Positions 1 through 10,093 are shown, numbered from the stretch's first letter. The stretch is 64,000 nt of DNA from an uncultured Oscillospiraceae bacterium (GCA_902489545.1 CABUAK010000001.1:31948-95947); one strand, 5' to 3'. Notes: a model not told the origin generated them from the sequence alone. Numbers and translations are program-made.

Positions 1-675
1 AAAATTGAAATACAGGATATTCCCATTTCCCTGATCCTGGATCAGTATCTGGCCTATCTGGAACGGCGGCAGCAGCTGGATCTGGAGGTGGCCAGTGAGT
101 TTGTAACCATGGCGGCCCAGCTGATGTTCATCAAAACCCGGATGCTCCTCTCCATTGAGGACGAGGAGGCCCAAAGCGAGATGGATCTTTTGATCAAATC
201 TCTGGAGGAGCGGCGCAACGGCGAGGCCTATGGCCGAATCAAGTACGCCGCCGGGAAGCTGGGACCCATGGGGGAGTTCGGGCGGAGTATCCTGCTGAAA
301 AATCCGGAGCCCATGGAGCGCGGAAAGATTTACGAGTATGACCACCAGCCGGAGGATCTGCTGGCGGCCATGGGGGAGATTGCCAGCCGCAGCGAGCGCA
401 TGGCGCCCCCGCCCACCAGCAGCTTTACAGAGATTGTGCGGCACGAGCCCTACCCGGTGGCCAGCAAGGCCCAGGAACTGCTGGACCGGCTGCGGCAGAT
501 CGGGATTGCCAGCTTTCGCCGTCTGTTTCGGGGCAGCCGCAGCCGCAGCGAGGTAGTGGCCACCTTTTTGGCGGTGCTGGAACTGTGCAAGGCCCGGCTG
601 ATCCGCCTGGCGGGCAGCGAGACAGACTGCACCGTCACCCCCACCGGCGAGGGCGGGGACACTCTGACCCTGTGA
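1..675 (+). CDS. scpA: Segregation and condensation protein A (ScpA), 5' end cut by window edge
   Basis: Frame-1 translation from base 1 (KIEIQDIPISLILDQYLAYLERRQ...) matches the kleisin ScpA; followed by scpB. Confidence 0.85.
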   Translation, partial: KIEIQDIPISLILDQYLAYLERRQQLDLEVASEFVTMAAQLMFIKTRMLLSIEDEEAQSEMDLLIKSLEERRNGEAYGRIKYAAGKLGPMGEFGRSILLKNPEPMERGKIYEYDHQPEDLLAAMGEIASRSERMAPPPTSSFTEIVRHEPYPVASKAQELLDRLRQIGIASFRRLFRGSRSRSEVVATFLAVLELCKARLIRLAGSETDCTVTPTGEGGDTLTL

Positions 676-683
676 GGTACGCC

Positions 684-1283
684 ATGACATTGGAAATGAA
701 GGAACTGGAATCCGCCGTGGAGGGTATTCTCTTTGCAGCGGGGGAGCCGGTACATATGGACCGCATCTGCCTGGCTCTGGACCTGGACCGGCTTTCGGCG
801 GAGCAGGTGCTGCAGCGTCTGGGGGACTACTACGCCTATGAGCGCCGGGGTATCCGCCTTTTGCACATGGAGGACAGCTGGCAGCTTTGTTCCGCTCCGG
901 ACTACGCCGATATGATCCGCCGGGCCTTTGAGATCCGGAAGCCCGCCAAGCTGAGCCAGCCAGCGCTGGAGGTGCTGGCCATCATCGCCTACTACCAGCC
1001 CACCACCCGGGCCTATGTGGACCAGGTCCGGGGCGTGGACAGCGCATACACGGTGGGCCTGCTGCTGGAACGGAAGCTGATTGAGGAGTGCGGGCGCCTG
1101 CAGGTGCCGGGCCGGCCCAGGCTGTACCGTACCACACAGAATTTTTTGCGGTCTTTCCACCTGCGCACACTGGAGGAACTGCCCGATCTGCCAGGCGTGG
1201 AGGCGGAGGGCCAGCTGCGGCTGGGGGAGGACGGAATGCTCATTGATCCGGAGGCCCCGGCGGAGACGGGGGCGACGGAGTGA
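684..1283 (+). CDS. scpB: Segregation and condensation protein B (ScpB)
   Basis: ATG at 684 just after the scpA stop; winged-helix ScpB-like sequence (MTLEMKELESAVEGILFAAGEPV...); scpA-scpB pairing is conserved. Confidence 0.85.
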   Translation: MTLEMKELESAVEGILFAAGEPVHMDRICLALDLDRLSAEQVLQRLGDYYAYERRGIRLLHMEDSWQLCSAPDYADMIRRAFEIRKPAKLSQPALEVLAIIAYYQPTTRAYVDQVRGVDSAYTVGLLLERKLIEECGRLQVPGRPRLYRTTQNFLRSFHLRTLEELPDLPGVEAEGQLRLGEDGMLIDPEAPAETGATE

Positions 1284-1304
1284 CGGGAGAGGAGGGGACG
1301 GCCC

Positions 1305-1982
1305 TTGCTTGGCAGGATCATCCTGTATATTGTACTGGCGGTGCTGCTGCTTTTGGCCATTGCTCTGCTGATCCCCATCCGGGCCCGCGTATTCTATGAC
1401 CAGGGGGAACTGACTGCCCTGCTCCGCTTCGGCCCGCTGAAAATTCCGCTCTATCCTGCTGAGAAGCGGGAGAAGGGGAAGAAAGAGGCGCCTCCTTCCG
1501 AGGATACGGAGAGGGCGGCGGAGAAAAAGAAGAAACCCGGGCTTACCCTGAGCCGGGAGCAGATTTTTTACAGTCTGGAGACACTGCCGCCGATCCTGGG
1601 CAGGGCCCTGGGCCGGATCGGGCGGCGGCTGCGCATTGCGCCGCTGAAGGTTCATGTGCTGTTGGCTGGGCCGGATCCGGCGGACACCGCGCTTCTCTAT
1701 GGGCGACTGGAGGCGGCGCTGGGGGCGCTGCTGCCCATGCTCCACCGGGTGGCCCACATCCGGGATCAGGATATCCGCCTGTTCCCGGATTTCCAGCAGG
1801 AGTGCCCCGCCTGCGCTGCCGATGTGGGGATTGCCATCCGGGGCTGGGATCTGCTGGTGGTCGCCCTCTGTGCGGGGGGAAGCCTGCTGGGATGGTACAA
1901 AAATTTTCGCAAGCTGGCGGCGGACAAGGCCGTCTCTGATACAGACGCCGGGACCTCCCGGCAGGGGGCCGGCGCCGCTTAA
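1305..1982 (+). CDS. DUF2953 (YtfI-like) membrane protein, sporulation-associated
   Basis: TTG start with GGAGG 10 nt upstream; N-terminal TM helix; sits upstream of ytfJ as in other Firmicutes. Confidence 0.55.
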   Translation: MLGRIILYIVLAVLLLLAIALLIPIRARVFYDQGELTALLRFGPLKIPLYPAEKREKGKKEAPPSEDTERAAEKKKKPGLTLSREQIFYSLETLPPILGRALGRIGRRLRIAPLKVHVLLAGPDPADTALLYGRLEAALGALLPMLHRVAHIRDQDIRLFPDFQQECPACAADVGIAIRGWDLLVVALCAGGSLLGWYKNFRKLAADKAVSDTDAGTSRQGAGAA

Positions 1983-2013
1983 CGGGCCGGGCAGATGAAA
2001 GGAGAACGCAGCT

Positions 2014-2433
2014 ATGGATAAAAAACATCCTCTCAGTGACATGATGCGGGAGAGCATGGCCAAGGTCCGGGAGATGGTGGACACCAATACCATCGTGGGC
2101 CAGCCCATCACCACGCCGGACGGTGTGACGCTGATCCCCATCTCTCGGGTCAGCTTCGGCTTTGGCGGCGGCGGCGGGGAGTTCGGCAACAAGAAGGAGG
2201 CGGAGCCGGACCCCAACATCGGCGGCGGCGTGGGAGCCGGCGTAAAGATCGAGCCGGTGGCTTTCCTGATTGTCAAGGACAGCCTGGTGCGGGTGATGCC
2301 CGTGGCGGTGCCCGCTGTGTCCACGGTGGACCGTATCGTGGAGATGGTGCCGGATATGGTGGACAAGGTGGCTGGCTTTATCAGCAAAAAGGACGGGGAC
2401 GCCGCGAAAGAGGCGGCGGAGGAGACTCTGTAA
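2014..2433 (+). CDS. ytfJ: GerW/YtfJ family sporulation protein
   Basis: RBS AAAGGAG; conserved GerW pattern (TIVGQPITTPDGVTLIPISRVSFGFGGGGGEF...VKIEPVAFLIV). Confidence 0.8.
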   Translation: MDKKHPLSDMMRESMAKVREMVDTNTIVGQPITTPDGVTLIPISRVSFGFGGGGGEFGNKKEAEPDPNIGGGVGAGVKIEPVAFLIVKDSLVRVMPVAVPAVSTVDRIVEMVPDMVDKVAGFISKKDGDAAKEAAEETL

Positions 2434-2564
2434 GTGCATAGTTTCGCAAGTGGTTTCCTCGGGGGCATGTGACGCCACCGGGGAAACTGCGCTGTCCCGG
2501 CCTGGACACGCTGGACCTGACAGGGATTGCCAGGTTGGATCGGCGGCGGTCCGGAGATACTAGA

Positions 2565-2588
2565 GGCACCTGTAGTCTGGGAGGTGCC
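2565..2588 (+). promoter_or_regulatory. 7-bp hairpin partly sequestering the SD of the downstream DD-carboxypeptidase gene
   Basis: ggcacct(2565-71)/aggtgcc(2582-88); SD GGGAGG at 2579-84; ATG at 2591. Confidence 0.2.
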
Positions 2589-2590
2589 CT

Positions 2591-3703
2591 ATGTCCAGTT
2601 ACTCCTTCCGGCGCTGTATTTGCGCCCTTATACTGACAAGTATATTGACTTGTCACGCCAGTGCGAACAGCACATCCGCCGCATCTGCTGTTCTGATTGA
2701 GCAGGAAAGCGGGCGGGTGCTCTTTCAGCAGAACGCCGACGAGGAGCGCCTGATCGCCAGCATCACAAAGATCATGACCGCCGTGGTGGCATTGGAGCAG
2801 GGGGACCTGCAGGCGGCCTATACGGTGACGGCGGAGGATATGGCTGAGGGCTCCAGCATGTATTTAAAGCCGGGGGATGTGCTGACGCTGGAGGAACTGC
2901 TCTATGGCCTGATGCTGGTCAGCGGAAATGACGCGGCCCTGGCGGTGGCCCACTGCGTGTCCGGCAGTGTGGAGGATTTTGTGGCCGCCATGAATGAGAC
3001 GGCTCAGCGCCTGGGGATGACCCATTCCCATTTTCAGAACCCCAACGGCCTGGATGCCGACGGTCACTATGCCAGCGCCAGGGACATGGCCGCACTCACC
3101 GCCTATGCCCTGAAGAAGGAGGCCTTCCGCCGCATTGTTTCCACCGCCTCCATCACCATTGGGGAGCGGTATTTGGCCAATCATAACAAGCTGCTGCGGC
3201 TTTACGAGGGCTGCCTGGGGGTCAAGACCGGCTTTACCAAGGCTGCGGGCCGCACCCTGGTGTCCGCGGCGGAGCGGGACGGCATGACCCTTGTATGTGT
3301 CACCCTCCACGACGGGGATGACTGGAACGACCACATGGCAATGCTGGATTACGGCTTTGCTCACTACAAGCTGGAGACCGCCGTCCCCGCGGGGCGGGTG
3401 CTGGCTTCGGTGCTGGTGCGAAACGGTACCGCTGCCTCCGTCCCCCTGGTGGCAGATGGGGATTTGAGTTACCCCCTGGCAGAGGGGGAGCGCCTGACCG
3501 TGGCGGCGGAGGTCCCCCTGTCCATTTCGGCGCCGGTGGTTCCCGGACAGGCTGTGGGGGTGGCGCGGGCTTACCTCAACGGGGAGGCGGTGGCCTCCGT
3601 GGCGCTGGTGGCTGCTGCCCCCTCCGCTCTGCGGGGCGCGCTGGACGAGGAGCCAGAGCACTTCTGGCAGAAACTCTTCGGACAGAGCGGGGCGGGGAGA
3701 TAG
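2591..3703 (+). CDS. Serine-type D-Ala-D-Ala carboxypeptidase (PBP5-like, DacB/DacF type)
   Basis: Signal peptide; SxxK (SITKIMT), SGN and KTG motifs; peptidase S11 family. Confidence 0.85.
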   Translation: MSSYSFRRCICALILTSILTCHASANSTSAASAVLIEQESGRVLFQQNADEERLIASITKIMTAVVALEQGDLQAAYTVTAEDMAEGSSMYLKPGDVLTLEELLYGLMLVSGNDAALAVAHCVSGSVEDFVAAMNETAQRLGMTHSHFQNPNGLDADGHYASARDMAALTAYALKKEAFRRIVSTASITIGERYLANHNKLLRLYEGCLGVKTGFTKAAGRTLVSAAERDGMTLVCVTLHDGDDWNDHMAMLDYGFAHYKLETAVPAGRVLASVLVRNGTAASVPLVADGDLSYPLAEGERLTVAAEVPLSISAPVVPGQAVGVARAYLNGEAVASVALVAAAPSALRGALDEEPEHFWQKLFGQSGAGR

Positions 3704-3770
3704 CTTACAGGATTGGATGCGGTGTTTGAGCGGAACAGGGCGGAATACCCCGCCCGGAAGGGAGCAGCCT

Positions 3771-4478
3771 ATGGAGGAGCGTCTGCAAAAGCTGCTGTCC
3801 GCCGCGGGCCTCTGCTCCCGGCGGCAGGCGGAGGAGTACCTTCGCGCCGGACGGGTGGCGGTCAACGGTGCGGCGGCAGGACTGGGGGACCGGGCGGATC
3901 CGGACCGGGATCTGGTGACGCTGGACGGCGTGCCCCTTCCCCAGCGGCGGGAACGGCAGTACCTGATGCTCCACAAGCCCCGGGGCTATGTCACCACGCT
4001 GTCCGACGAGCGGGGACGCCCCACCGTGGCCCAGCTGGTGGCGGACTGCGGGGAGAGGGTCTACCCTGTGGGGCGGCTGGATATGGACTCCGAGGGGCTT
4101 CTGCTGCTGACCAGCGACGGCAATTTCGCCCAGCGTCTGGCCCACCCCAGCCATGGCCTGGAGAAGGAGTACCACGTGACGGTTAGCGGCGCGCTGTCCG
4201 GCTGTGAGACGAGGCTGGAGGCCCTGCGGGAGTTGGAGGACGGCAGCCCCATCGCTCCCGCCTCCGTTCGGGTGCTGGAGCGCCGGGTAGGGGAGTGGGT
4301 GATCGCTGTCACCATTCACCAGGGGCTCAACCGCCAGATCCGGCGCATGTGCGCCCTGGCAGGGCTGACGGTACGGCGGCTGCGGCGGGTGCGGGAGGGC
4401 GTGGTGTGCCTGGGGGACCTGCCGGTGGGGAAGTGGCGGCGCCTGACCGGGGAGGAACTGGCAGCGCTGGAAGGATAA
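3771..4478 (+). CDS. rluB: RsuA/RluB family 23S/16S rRNA pseudouridine synthase
   Basis: S4 domain (LQKLLSAAGLCSRRQAEEYLRAGRVAVNG) plus catalytic motif GRLDMDSEGLLLLTSDG; RBS GGAAGGGAG. Confidence 0.85.
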   Translation: MEERLQKLLSAAGLCSRRQAEEYLRAGRVAVNGAAAGLGDRADPDRDLVTLDGVPLPQRRERQYLMLHKPRGYVTTLSDERGRPTVAQLVADCGERVYPVGRLDMDSEGLLLLTSDGNFAQRLAHPSHGLEKEYHVTVSGALSGCETRLEALRELEDGSPIAPASVRVLERRVGEWVIAVTIHQGLNRQIRRMCALAGLTVRRLRRVREGVVCLGDLPVGKWRRLTGEELAALEG

Positions 4479-4561
4479 GCGCCGGATTTCCCGTAAGTTT
4501 CTCTTGTGCTTTTTATGAATTCTGTGTATCATGACAGATAGCGACAACAGCGAGGAGGTCC

Positions 4562-5431
4562 ATGATGACCAAGGATGTGTTACATACGATCCAGGAGAAT
4601 ATGGCCAACTTTTCCAAGGGGCAGAAGCGGATTGCCGGCTATATGATATCCGACTATGATAAGGCGGCCTTTATGACCGCCAGTAAGCTGGGCCGCCTGG
4701 TAGGGGTCAGCGAGTCCACAGTGGTGCGCTTTGCCGCCCAGCTGGGCTACGACGGCTATCCTGCCATGCAGCGGGCCCTGCAGGAGATGGTCCGCAGCAA
4801 GCTGACTTCTATTCAGCGCATCCAGGCGTCCAACGACACCCTTTTCAGTGCCGATGTGATTACCACCGTTCTTCAGCGGGACATGGACAAGATCCGGGTG
4901 GCGATTGACGAGGTGGACCGCGCCGCCTTTACGGCGGTGGTGGACAAGCTGATGGCGGCCCGGCACATCTATATTCTGGGCGTCCGCTCCAGTTCCTTTC
5001 TGGCGGGCTATTTCCACTTTTACATGCACCTCATTTTTGAAAATATCACCCTTGTCACCAGCAACAGCGCCGGAGATATTCTGGAGAGCATCCTGCGCAT
5101 TGGGCCCGGGGATGTGCTGGTAGGCATCAGCTTTCCCCGCTACTCCCAGTCCACGGTGAAGGGGGTTCAGTTTGCCCGGGACCGGGGGGCGGATGTGGTA
5201 GCCATCACAGACAGCGCTGTCTCGCCCCTGTATCCCATGGCCTCCGCGGCCCTTTTGGCGCACAGCGATATGATTTCCTTTGTGGATTCCCTGGTGGCTC
5301 CCTTCAGCTTGCTCAACGCTCTGATTGTGGCGGCGGGACACCGGAAGAACGCGGACATTGCGCAGATTTTCAATCGCCTGGAGGCCATTTGGGATGAGTA
5401 CGGCGTCTTTGGATACGGCACGGATGCATGA
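4562..5431 (+). CDS. MurR/RpiR family transcriptional regulator (HTH_6 plus SIS)
   Basis: N-terminal RpiR HTH (IAGYMISDYDKAAFMTASKLGRLVGVSESTVVRFAAQLGY) and C-terminal SIS domain. Confidence 0.8.
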   Translation: MMTKDVLHTIQENMANFSKGQKRIAGYMISDYDKAAFMTASKLGRLVGVSESTVVRFAAQLGYDGYPAMQRALQEMVRSKLTSIQRIQASNDTLFSADVITTVLQRDMDKIRVAIDEVDRAAFTAVVDKLMAARHIYILGVRSSSFLAGYFHFYMHLIFENITLVTSNSAGDILESILRIGPGDVLVGISFPRYSQSTVKGVQFARDRGADVVAITDSAVSPLYPMASAALLAHSDMISFVDSLVAPFSLLNALIVAAGHRKNADIAQIFNRLEAIWDEYGVFGYGTDA

Positions 5432-6659
5432 TGTGATTGTGGTGGGCGGCGGCCCCGCCGGAATGATGGCCGCTGTGGCCGCCGCTGAGTACGGGGCGTC
5501 CGTGCTGCTGCTGGAGGGCAACGAGCGGCTTGGCAAAAAGCTGAATATCACCGGTAAAGGCCGGTGCAATGTGACCAACAACTGCTCCGTGGAGGAATTG
5601 CTGCAGTCGATTCCACGTAATGGAAAATTCCTTTACAGTGCCTTCTCTCAGTTTGACAGCGCTGATACGATAACGTTTTTTACCCGCCGGGGCGTGCCGC
5701 TGAAGACGGAGCGGGGAAATCGCGTGTTTCCCCAGTCCAACCGGGCCTTTGACATCAGCGGCGCTCTGGAGAAGTACCTGCGGGAGTTGGGGGTCAAGCT
5801 TGTCCGGGATCGGGCCCAGGCCCTCCTGGTGGAGGACGGTACTCTAACCGGGGTCAAGGGGGAGCGGGGCCGGTACCGGGGGCGCGGTGTGGTGGTGGCT
5901 ACCGGAGGGGTCAGCTATCCGCTCACCGGCTCCACGGGGGACGGCTACCGCCTGGCTCGGTCTGTGGGACACACGGTGGTGGAGCCCCGGGGCTCCCTGG
6001 TGCCTCTGTGTGCGTCCGGTGAACTGTGCCGGCGTCTCCAGGGGCTGAGTCTGCGCAATGTGGCTCTGCGGGTCTATGAGGAAAAAGACCTGCTGTATGA
6101 GGACTTTGGGGAACTGCTCTTTACCCACTTCGGGGTCAGCGGTCCACTGGTGCTCTCCGCCTCCGCGCATATGCGGCGGTTCGGCCAGGTCCGCTACCGG
6201 CTGGAGATCGATTTAAAACCGGCTCTGGATGAACAGACTCTGGACCGCCGCCTGGTATCGGATTTTGCCAGGCATGCCAACAGCGATTTTGTCAACGCCT
6301 TTGATGAACTGCTGCCGAAAAAGCTGATTGAGCCGTTTGTGGAACTGACCGGCGTGGCGCCGCGGCAGAAGGTTCATGATCTGACCCGGGAGCAGCGGCG
6401 CCGGGTGGGAGCGCTGCTGAAGGCGCTGCCGGTGTCCGTCACCGGCCCCCGCCCTGTGGCGGAGGCCATTGTCACCTCCGGCGGCGTGGCCGTGGGGGAG
6501 GTGAATCCCTCCACGATGGCATCCCGGCTGCTGCCTGGCCTGTATTTTGCCGGGGAGGTGCTGGATGTGGACGGCTACACCGGGGGGTTCAACCTGCAGA
6601 TCGCCTGGTCCACAGGCCATCTGGCGGGGGCCTCGGCGGCCCAGGCTCTGTGGCGGTAG
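5424..6659 (+). CDS. NAD(P)/FAD-dependent oxidoreductase, HI0933/BaiN family
   Basis: MHDVIVVGGGPAGMMAA Rossmann motif; family-typical length and C-terminus; start chosen at ATG 5424 overlapping the upstream stop. Confidence 0.8.
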   Translation: MHDVIVVGGGPAGMMAAVAAAEYGASVLLLEGNERLGKKLNITGKGRCNVTNNCSVEELLQSIPRNGKFLYSAFSQFDSADTITFFTRRGVPLKTERGNRVFPQSNRAFDISGALEKYLRELGVKLVRDRAQALLVEDGTLTGVKGERGRYRGRGVVVATGGVSYPLTGSTGDGYRLARSVGHTVVEPRGSLVPLCASGELCRRLQGLSLRNVALRVYEEKDLLYEDFGELLFTHFGVSGPLVLSASAHMRRFGQVRYRLEIDLKPALDEQTLDRRLVSDFARHANSDFVNAFDELLPKKLIEPFVELTGVAPRQKVHDLTREQRRRVGALLKALPVSVTGPRPVAEAIVTSGGVAVGEVNPSTMASRLLPGLYFAGEVLDVDGYTGGFNLQIAWSTGHLAGASAAQALWR

Positions 6660-6695
6660 CCGATGGGGAAGAAAAGCAGAGAGGAACAAGGGGAC

Positions 6696-7394
6696 ATGAC
6701 GGAAAAAAAGATAACGGAAACTCCCATCGCCGTGGCCATTGACGGCCCGAGCGGGGCGGGAAAGAGCACACTGGCCCGCAGTGTGGCCCGGGAACTGGGC
6801 TTTGTATACGTGGATACCGGCGCGATCTACCGCACCGTGGGCTGTCAGGCGCGCCGGCTGGGGGTGGATCCCGGCGACGCGGCGGCGGTCATCGCTCTGC
6901 TGCCAAAAACCCGGGTAGAACTGGCCTATGGGGCAGATGGCCTCCAGCGGATGTATCTGAACGGGGAGGATGTGACGGATGAAATCCGTCTGCCGGAGAT
7001 ATCCCTGTATGCTTCCCGGGTGTCGGCGGTGCCGGAGGTCCGCGCCTTTTTGATGGATATGCAGCGTCAGGCGGCGCTGCGGCACAATGTGATTATGGAT
7101 GGGCGGGATATCGGCACCGTGGTGCTGCCCCAGGCCCAGGTGAAAATTTTTCTCACCGCCTCACCGGAGGACCGGGCTGCCCGCCGCTGCGCGGAACTGC
7201 GGGAGCGGGGGATTGAGAAGGACTATGGGCAGCTGCTGGAAGAGATCCGGGAGCGGGACTACAACGACTCCCACCGGGCCGCTTCCCCCCTGCGCCCGGC
7301 GGAGGATGCGGTGTGCCTGGACACCACCGGCAACAGCTTTGAGACGAGCCGCCGCCAGATCCTGGAGATTATCAAGGAGCGGATCGGAGAATGA
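6696..7394 (+). CDS. cmk: Cytidylate kinase
   Basis: P-loop IAVAIDGPSGAGKST; start at ATG 6696 gives a typical N-terminus (an in-frame ATG at 6663 is also possible). Confidence 0.85.
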   Translation: MTEKKITETPIAVAIDGPSGAGKSTLARSVARELGFVYVDTGAIYRTVGCQARRLGVDPGDAAAVIALLPKTRVELAYGADGLQRMYLNGEDVTDEIRLPEISLYASRVSAVPEVRAFLMDMQRQAALRHNVIMDGRDIGTVVLPQAQVKIFLTASPEDRAARRCAELRERGIEKDYGQLLEEIRERDYNDSHRAASPLRPAEDAVCLDTTGNSFETSRRQILEIIKERIGE

Positions 7395-7990
7395 ATCGAT
7401 TTTACCAGGTGGTATATACGGTTTTGGGGCCCCTTTTGCGCCTGCTGTTCCCCATGCGTGTGGTGGGATTGGAGCATGTGCCGGAGGGGGGATGCCTCAT
7501 CTGCCCCAACCACGCCAGCGGCTGGGACCCGATTCTGGTAGCCCTGGCGCTGCCCCGGGATTCCGGCGTTGTATTCATGGCCAAGGAGCAGCTGTTCCGT
7601 ACGCCTCTTCTCAGCTGGCTGCTCCGCAAGCTGGGGGCCTTTCCGGTGCGGCGGGGCGGCAACGACCTGACTGCCATGAAGACCTCCATTAAGAGCCTGC
7701 AGGACGGAAAACGCCTTTTGATTTTTCCAGAGGGGACTCGCGTGGACCACCCGGGAGAGGCGGAGGCCAAGGGCGGCGTCACGGTGATGTCCACCCGTAC
7801 CGGAGCCCCCATAGTGCCGGTATACTGCGGCGGGAAGCACAAGTTTTTGCGGCGGACCACCGTGGTTTTTGGGACGCCCTACAGCCCCGTCATTGCCGGT
7901 CGGCGGCCCACCCAGGAGGAGAACCGGCAGGCTGCGGAGGAACTCCTGCGGCGGATCTACGCCCTCAGCGAGGTGGACGGATGGAAGTAA
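7391..7990 (+). CDS. plsC: 1-acyl-sn-glycerol-3-phosphate acyltransferase
   Basis: HX4D motif (NHASGWD) and FPEGTR motif. Confidence 0.8.
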   Translation: MNRFYQVVYTVLGPLLRLLFPMRVVGLEHVPEGGCLICPNHASGWDPILVALALPRDSGVVFMAKEQLFRTPLLSWLLRKLGAFPVRRGGNDLTAMKTSIKSLQDGKRLLIFPEGTRVDHPGEAEAKGGVTVMSTRTGAPIVPVYCGGKHKFLRRTTVVFGTPYSPVIAGRRPTQEENRQAAEELLRRIYALSEVDGWK

Positions 7991-9924
7991 TCCAGGCCAA
8001 AAGCGCCGGCTTCTGCTTCGGCGTGGACCGGGCGGTGCGCATGGCCTACGAACTGGCGGAGCGGGAGCCCCGCTCCCGGATGCTGGGGGCCGTGATTCAT
8101 AACAGCCATGTGGTGGCGGAACTGGAGGCTGCGGGGATGCGGGTAATCTCCGCGCCGGAGGAGGCGGAGAGCGGCGACTGGGTGCTGCTGCGGGCCCACG
8201 GCGTGGGCCTGGCGGCCTACGAGACCCTCCGGGGCCGGGGCGCCCGGATTGTTGACGCCACCTGTCCCAAGGTAGCGCGGGTTCAGCAGATTGTCAGCCA
8301 GGCAGAGCGGGAGGGGCGCCAGCCGCTGATGATCGGGGATCCGGAGCACCCGGAGGTGCGGGGCGTTGCCGGCTGGTGCCGCCGCCTTCTGGTCTGTTCC
8401 GGACCGGAGGCTGTGGAGCGGTGGCTGGAAAGTGATGCGGATGCAACAAATCTTCCGCTGACAGTGGTTTCCCAGACCACAATGATCCGGGCAAGCTGGG
8501 AAACTTCTTTGAAAATTCTAAAAAAACAGTGTACAAACGTAAAAATATTTGATACAATATGTGGTGCTACGCATAACCGTCAATCGGAGGCGGCGGAAAT
8601 TGCCGGTCGGGTTGACGCGATGGTGGTGGTGGGCGACAGCAAGAGCGCCAACACAAAGCATCTGACAGAGATTTGCCGTATCGATTGCTCCCGTGTGTTC
8701 CAGATTGAAAACGCGGACGAGCTGCCCATGGAGAAGCTGTCGGACTGCCGGGTGGTTGGCCTGACGGCGGGGGCCTCCACGCCTGCGAGCATCATAAAGG
8801 AGGTCAATAAGACGATGAGTGAAGAAAAGATCCAGGGCGAGGGCATGGAAAATTTTGCCGAAATGTTTGAACAGTATACCAATACTTTAAATACAGGAGA
8901 TAAGGTAACCGGTGTTGTCACCGCCATCACCCCCACCGAAGTCCATGTGGACCTTGGCTGTAAGCAGGCCGGCTATATCCCTGTGGACCAGCTGACTGAC
9001 GATCCTACCGTAAAGCCCGAGGACGTGGTCAAGGTCGGCGACAAAGTGGAACTGTTCGTCATTCGCGTCAATGACATTGAGGGCTATGCCACCCTCTCCA
9101 AGAAGCGCCTGGACTCCGTCAAGGTCTGGGAGAACATTGAGGATGCCTGCAACAACAAGGAAGTGATGGACGCTGTCGTCACGGAGGAGAACAAGGGCGG
9201 TATCGTGGCGTCTGTGAAGGGCGTGCGCGTGTTTGTGCCCGCCTCCCAGTCCGGACTGCCCCGGGATGCGGCTATGAGCCAGCTGCTCAAGCAGAAGGTT
9301 CAGCTGCGTATCACGGAGGTTAACCGCGCCCGCCGCCGGGTTGTGGGTTCCATCAAGGCCGTGCAGCAGGAGGCCCGGGCCGCCACCGCCGCCAAGGTGT
9401 GGGCGGAGATCGAAGTGGGCAAGCGCTACACCGGTACGGTTAAGAGCATGACCAGCTACGGCGTGTTTGTGGACATTGGCGGCGTGGACGGGATGGTACA
9501 TATCTCCGACCTGAGTTGGAGCCGCATCAAGCACCCCAGCGAGGTGGTGCGTGTCGGCGATACGCTGGATGTGTACGTCATCTCCTTTGATCAGGAGAAA
9601 AAGAAGATTTCCTTGGGCGTGAAGGACCGCAGCACCAATCCCTGGGATACCTTTATGGCTACCTATAAGGTGGGCGACGTGGCCCCTGTGCGCGTGGTGA
9701 AGCTGATGACCTTCGGGGCTTTTGCCGAGGTGGTTCCCGGCGTGGACGGCCTGATCCACATCTCCCAGATTGCGGACCGCCGCATTGAGAAGCCCGGCGA
9801 TGTACTCTCCGAGGGTCAGACCGTGGATGCCAAGATTACCGCCGTGGACGAGGAGAAGAAGAAGATCTCCCTGTCCATTCGGGCGCTGCTGGCTCCTACC
9901 CCCGTGGATGAGGACGACGAGTAA
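7981..9924 (+). CDS. ispH: Bifunctional 4-hydroxy-3-methylbut-2-enyl diphosphate reductase (IspH) / ribosomal protein S1
   Basis: N-terminal LytB/IspH region (MEVIQAKSAGFCFGVDRAV...) fused to four C-terminal S1 domains; a fusion typical of Clostridia. Confidence 0.9.
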   Translation: MEVIQAKSAGFCFGVDRAVRMAYELAEREPRSRMLGAVIHNSHVVAELEAAGMRVISAPEEAESGDWVLLRAHGVGLAAYETLRGRGARIVDATCPKVARVQQIVSQAEREGRQPLMIGDPEHPEVRGVAGWCRRLLVCSGPEAVERWLESDADATNLPLTVVSQTTMIRASWETSLKILKKQCTNVKIFDTICGATHNRQSEAAEIAGRVDAMVVVGDSKSANTKHLTEICRIDCSRVFQIENADELPMEKLSDCRVVGLTAGASTPASIIKEVNKTMSEEKIQGEGMENFAEMFEQYTNTLNTGDKVTGVVTAITPTEVHVDLGCKQAGYIPVDQLTDDPTVKPEDVVKVGDKVELFVIRVNDIEGYATLSKKRLDSVKVWENIEDACNNKEVMDAVVTEENKGGIVASVKGVRVFVPASQSGLPRDAAMSQLLKQKVQLRITEVNRARRRVVGSIKAVQQEARAATAAKVWAEIEVGKRYTGTVKSMTSYGVFVDIGGVDGMVHISDLSWSRIKHPSEVVRVGDTLDVYVISFDQEKKKISLGVKDRSTNPWDTFMATYKVGDVAPVRVVKLMTFGAFAEVVPGVDGLIHISQIADRRIEKPGDVLSEGQTVDAKITAVDEEKKKISLSIRALLAPTPVDEDDE

Positions 9925-9950
9925 GCGACTTTTTCCATCTGCATGAATAG

Positions 9951-9991
9951 AGCGCCTGACAGACGTATGCCACGCTGTCAGGCGCTTTTAT
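9951..9991 (+). terminator. Rho-independent terminator after ispH-rpsA
   Basis: Perfect 12-bp stem agcgcctgacag/ctgtcaggcgct, 12-nt loop, then TTTTA. Confidence 0.6.
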
Positions 9992-10064
9992 GCCCAAAAG
10001 GAGCGGCGTCTGCCTGGGGGACCCTGTTTATTTTGGAAAATCCTCCCAATATGGGGTTTTTTCC

Positions 10065-10093
10065 TTGAATTTGCTGGAAAAGAACAGTACAAT
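10065..10093 (+). promoter_or_regulatory. Sigma-A-like promoter upstream of carD
   Basis: TTGAAT, 17-nt spacer, TACAAT. Confidence 0.4.

Noticed and set aside
450-2468. 672-aa minus-strand ORF spanning scpA, scpB, DUF2953 and ytfJ
   Set aside because: Antisense to four well-supported genes. The Pro/Arg/Gly-rich low-complexity translation is typical of GC-driven antisense ORFs.
5325-5423. Upstream in-frame extension of the flavoprotein ORF, overlapping the RpiR gene by 100 nt
   Set aside because: The family N-terminus (MHDVIVVGGGPAG) starts at ATG 5424; the extension overlaps the upstream gene.
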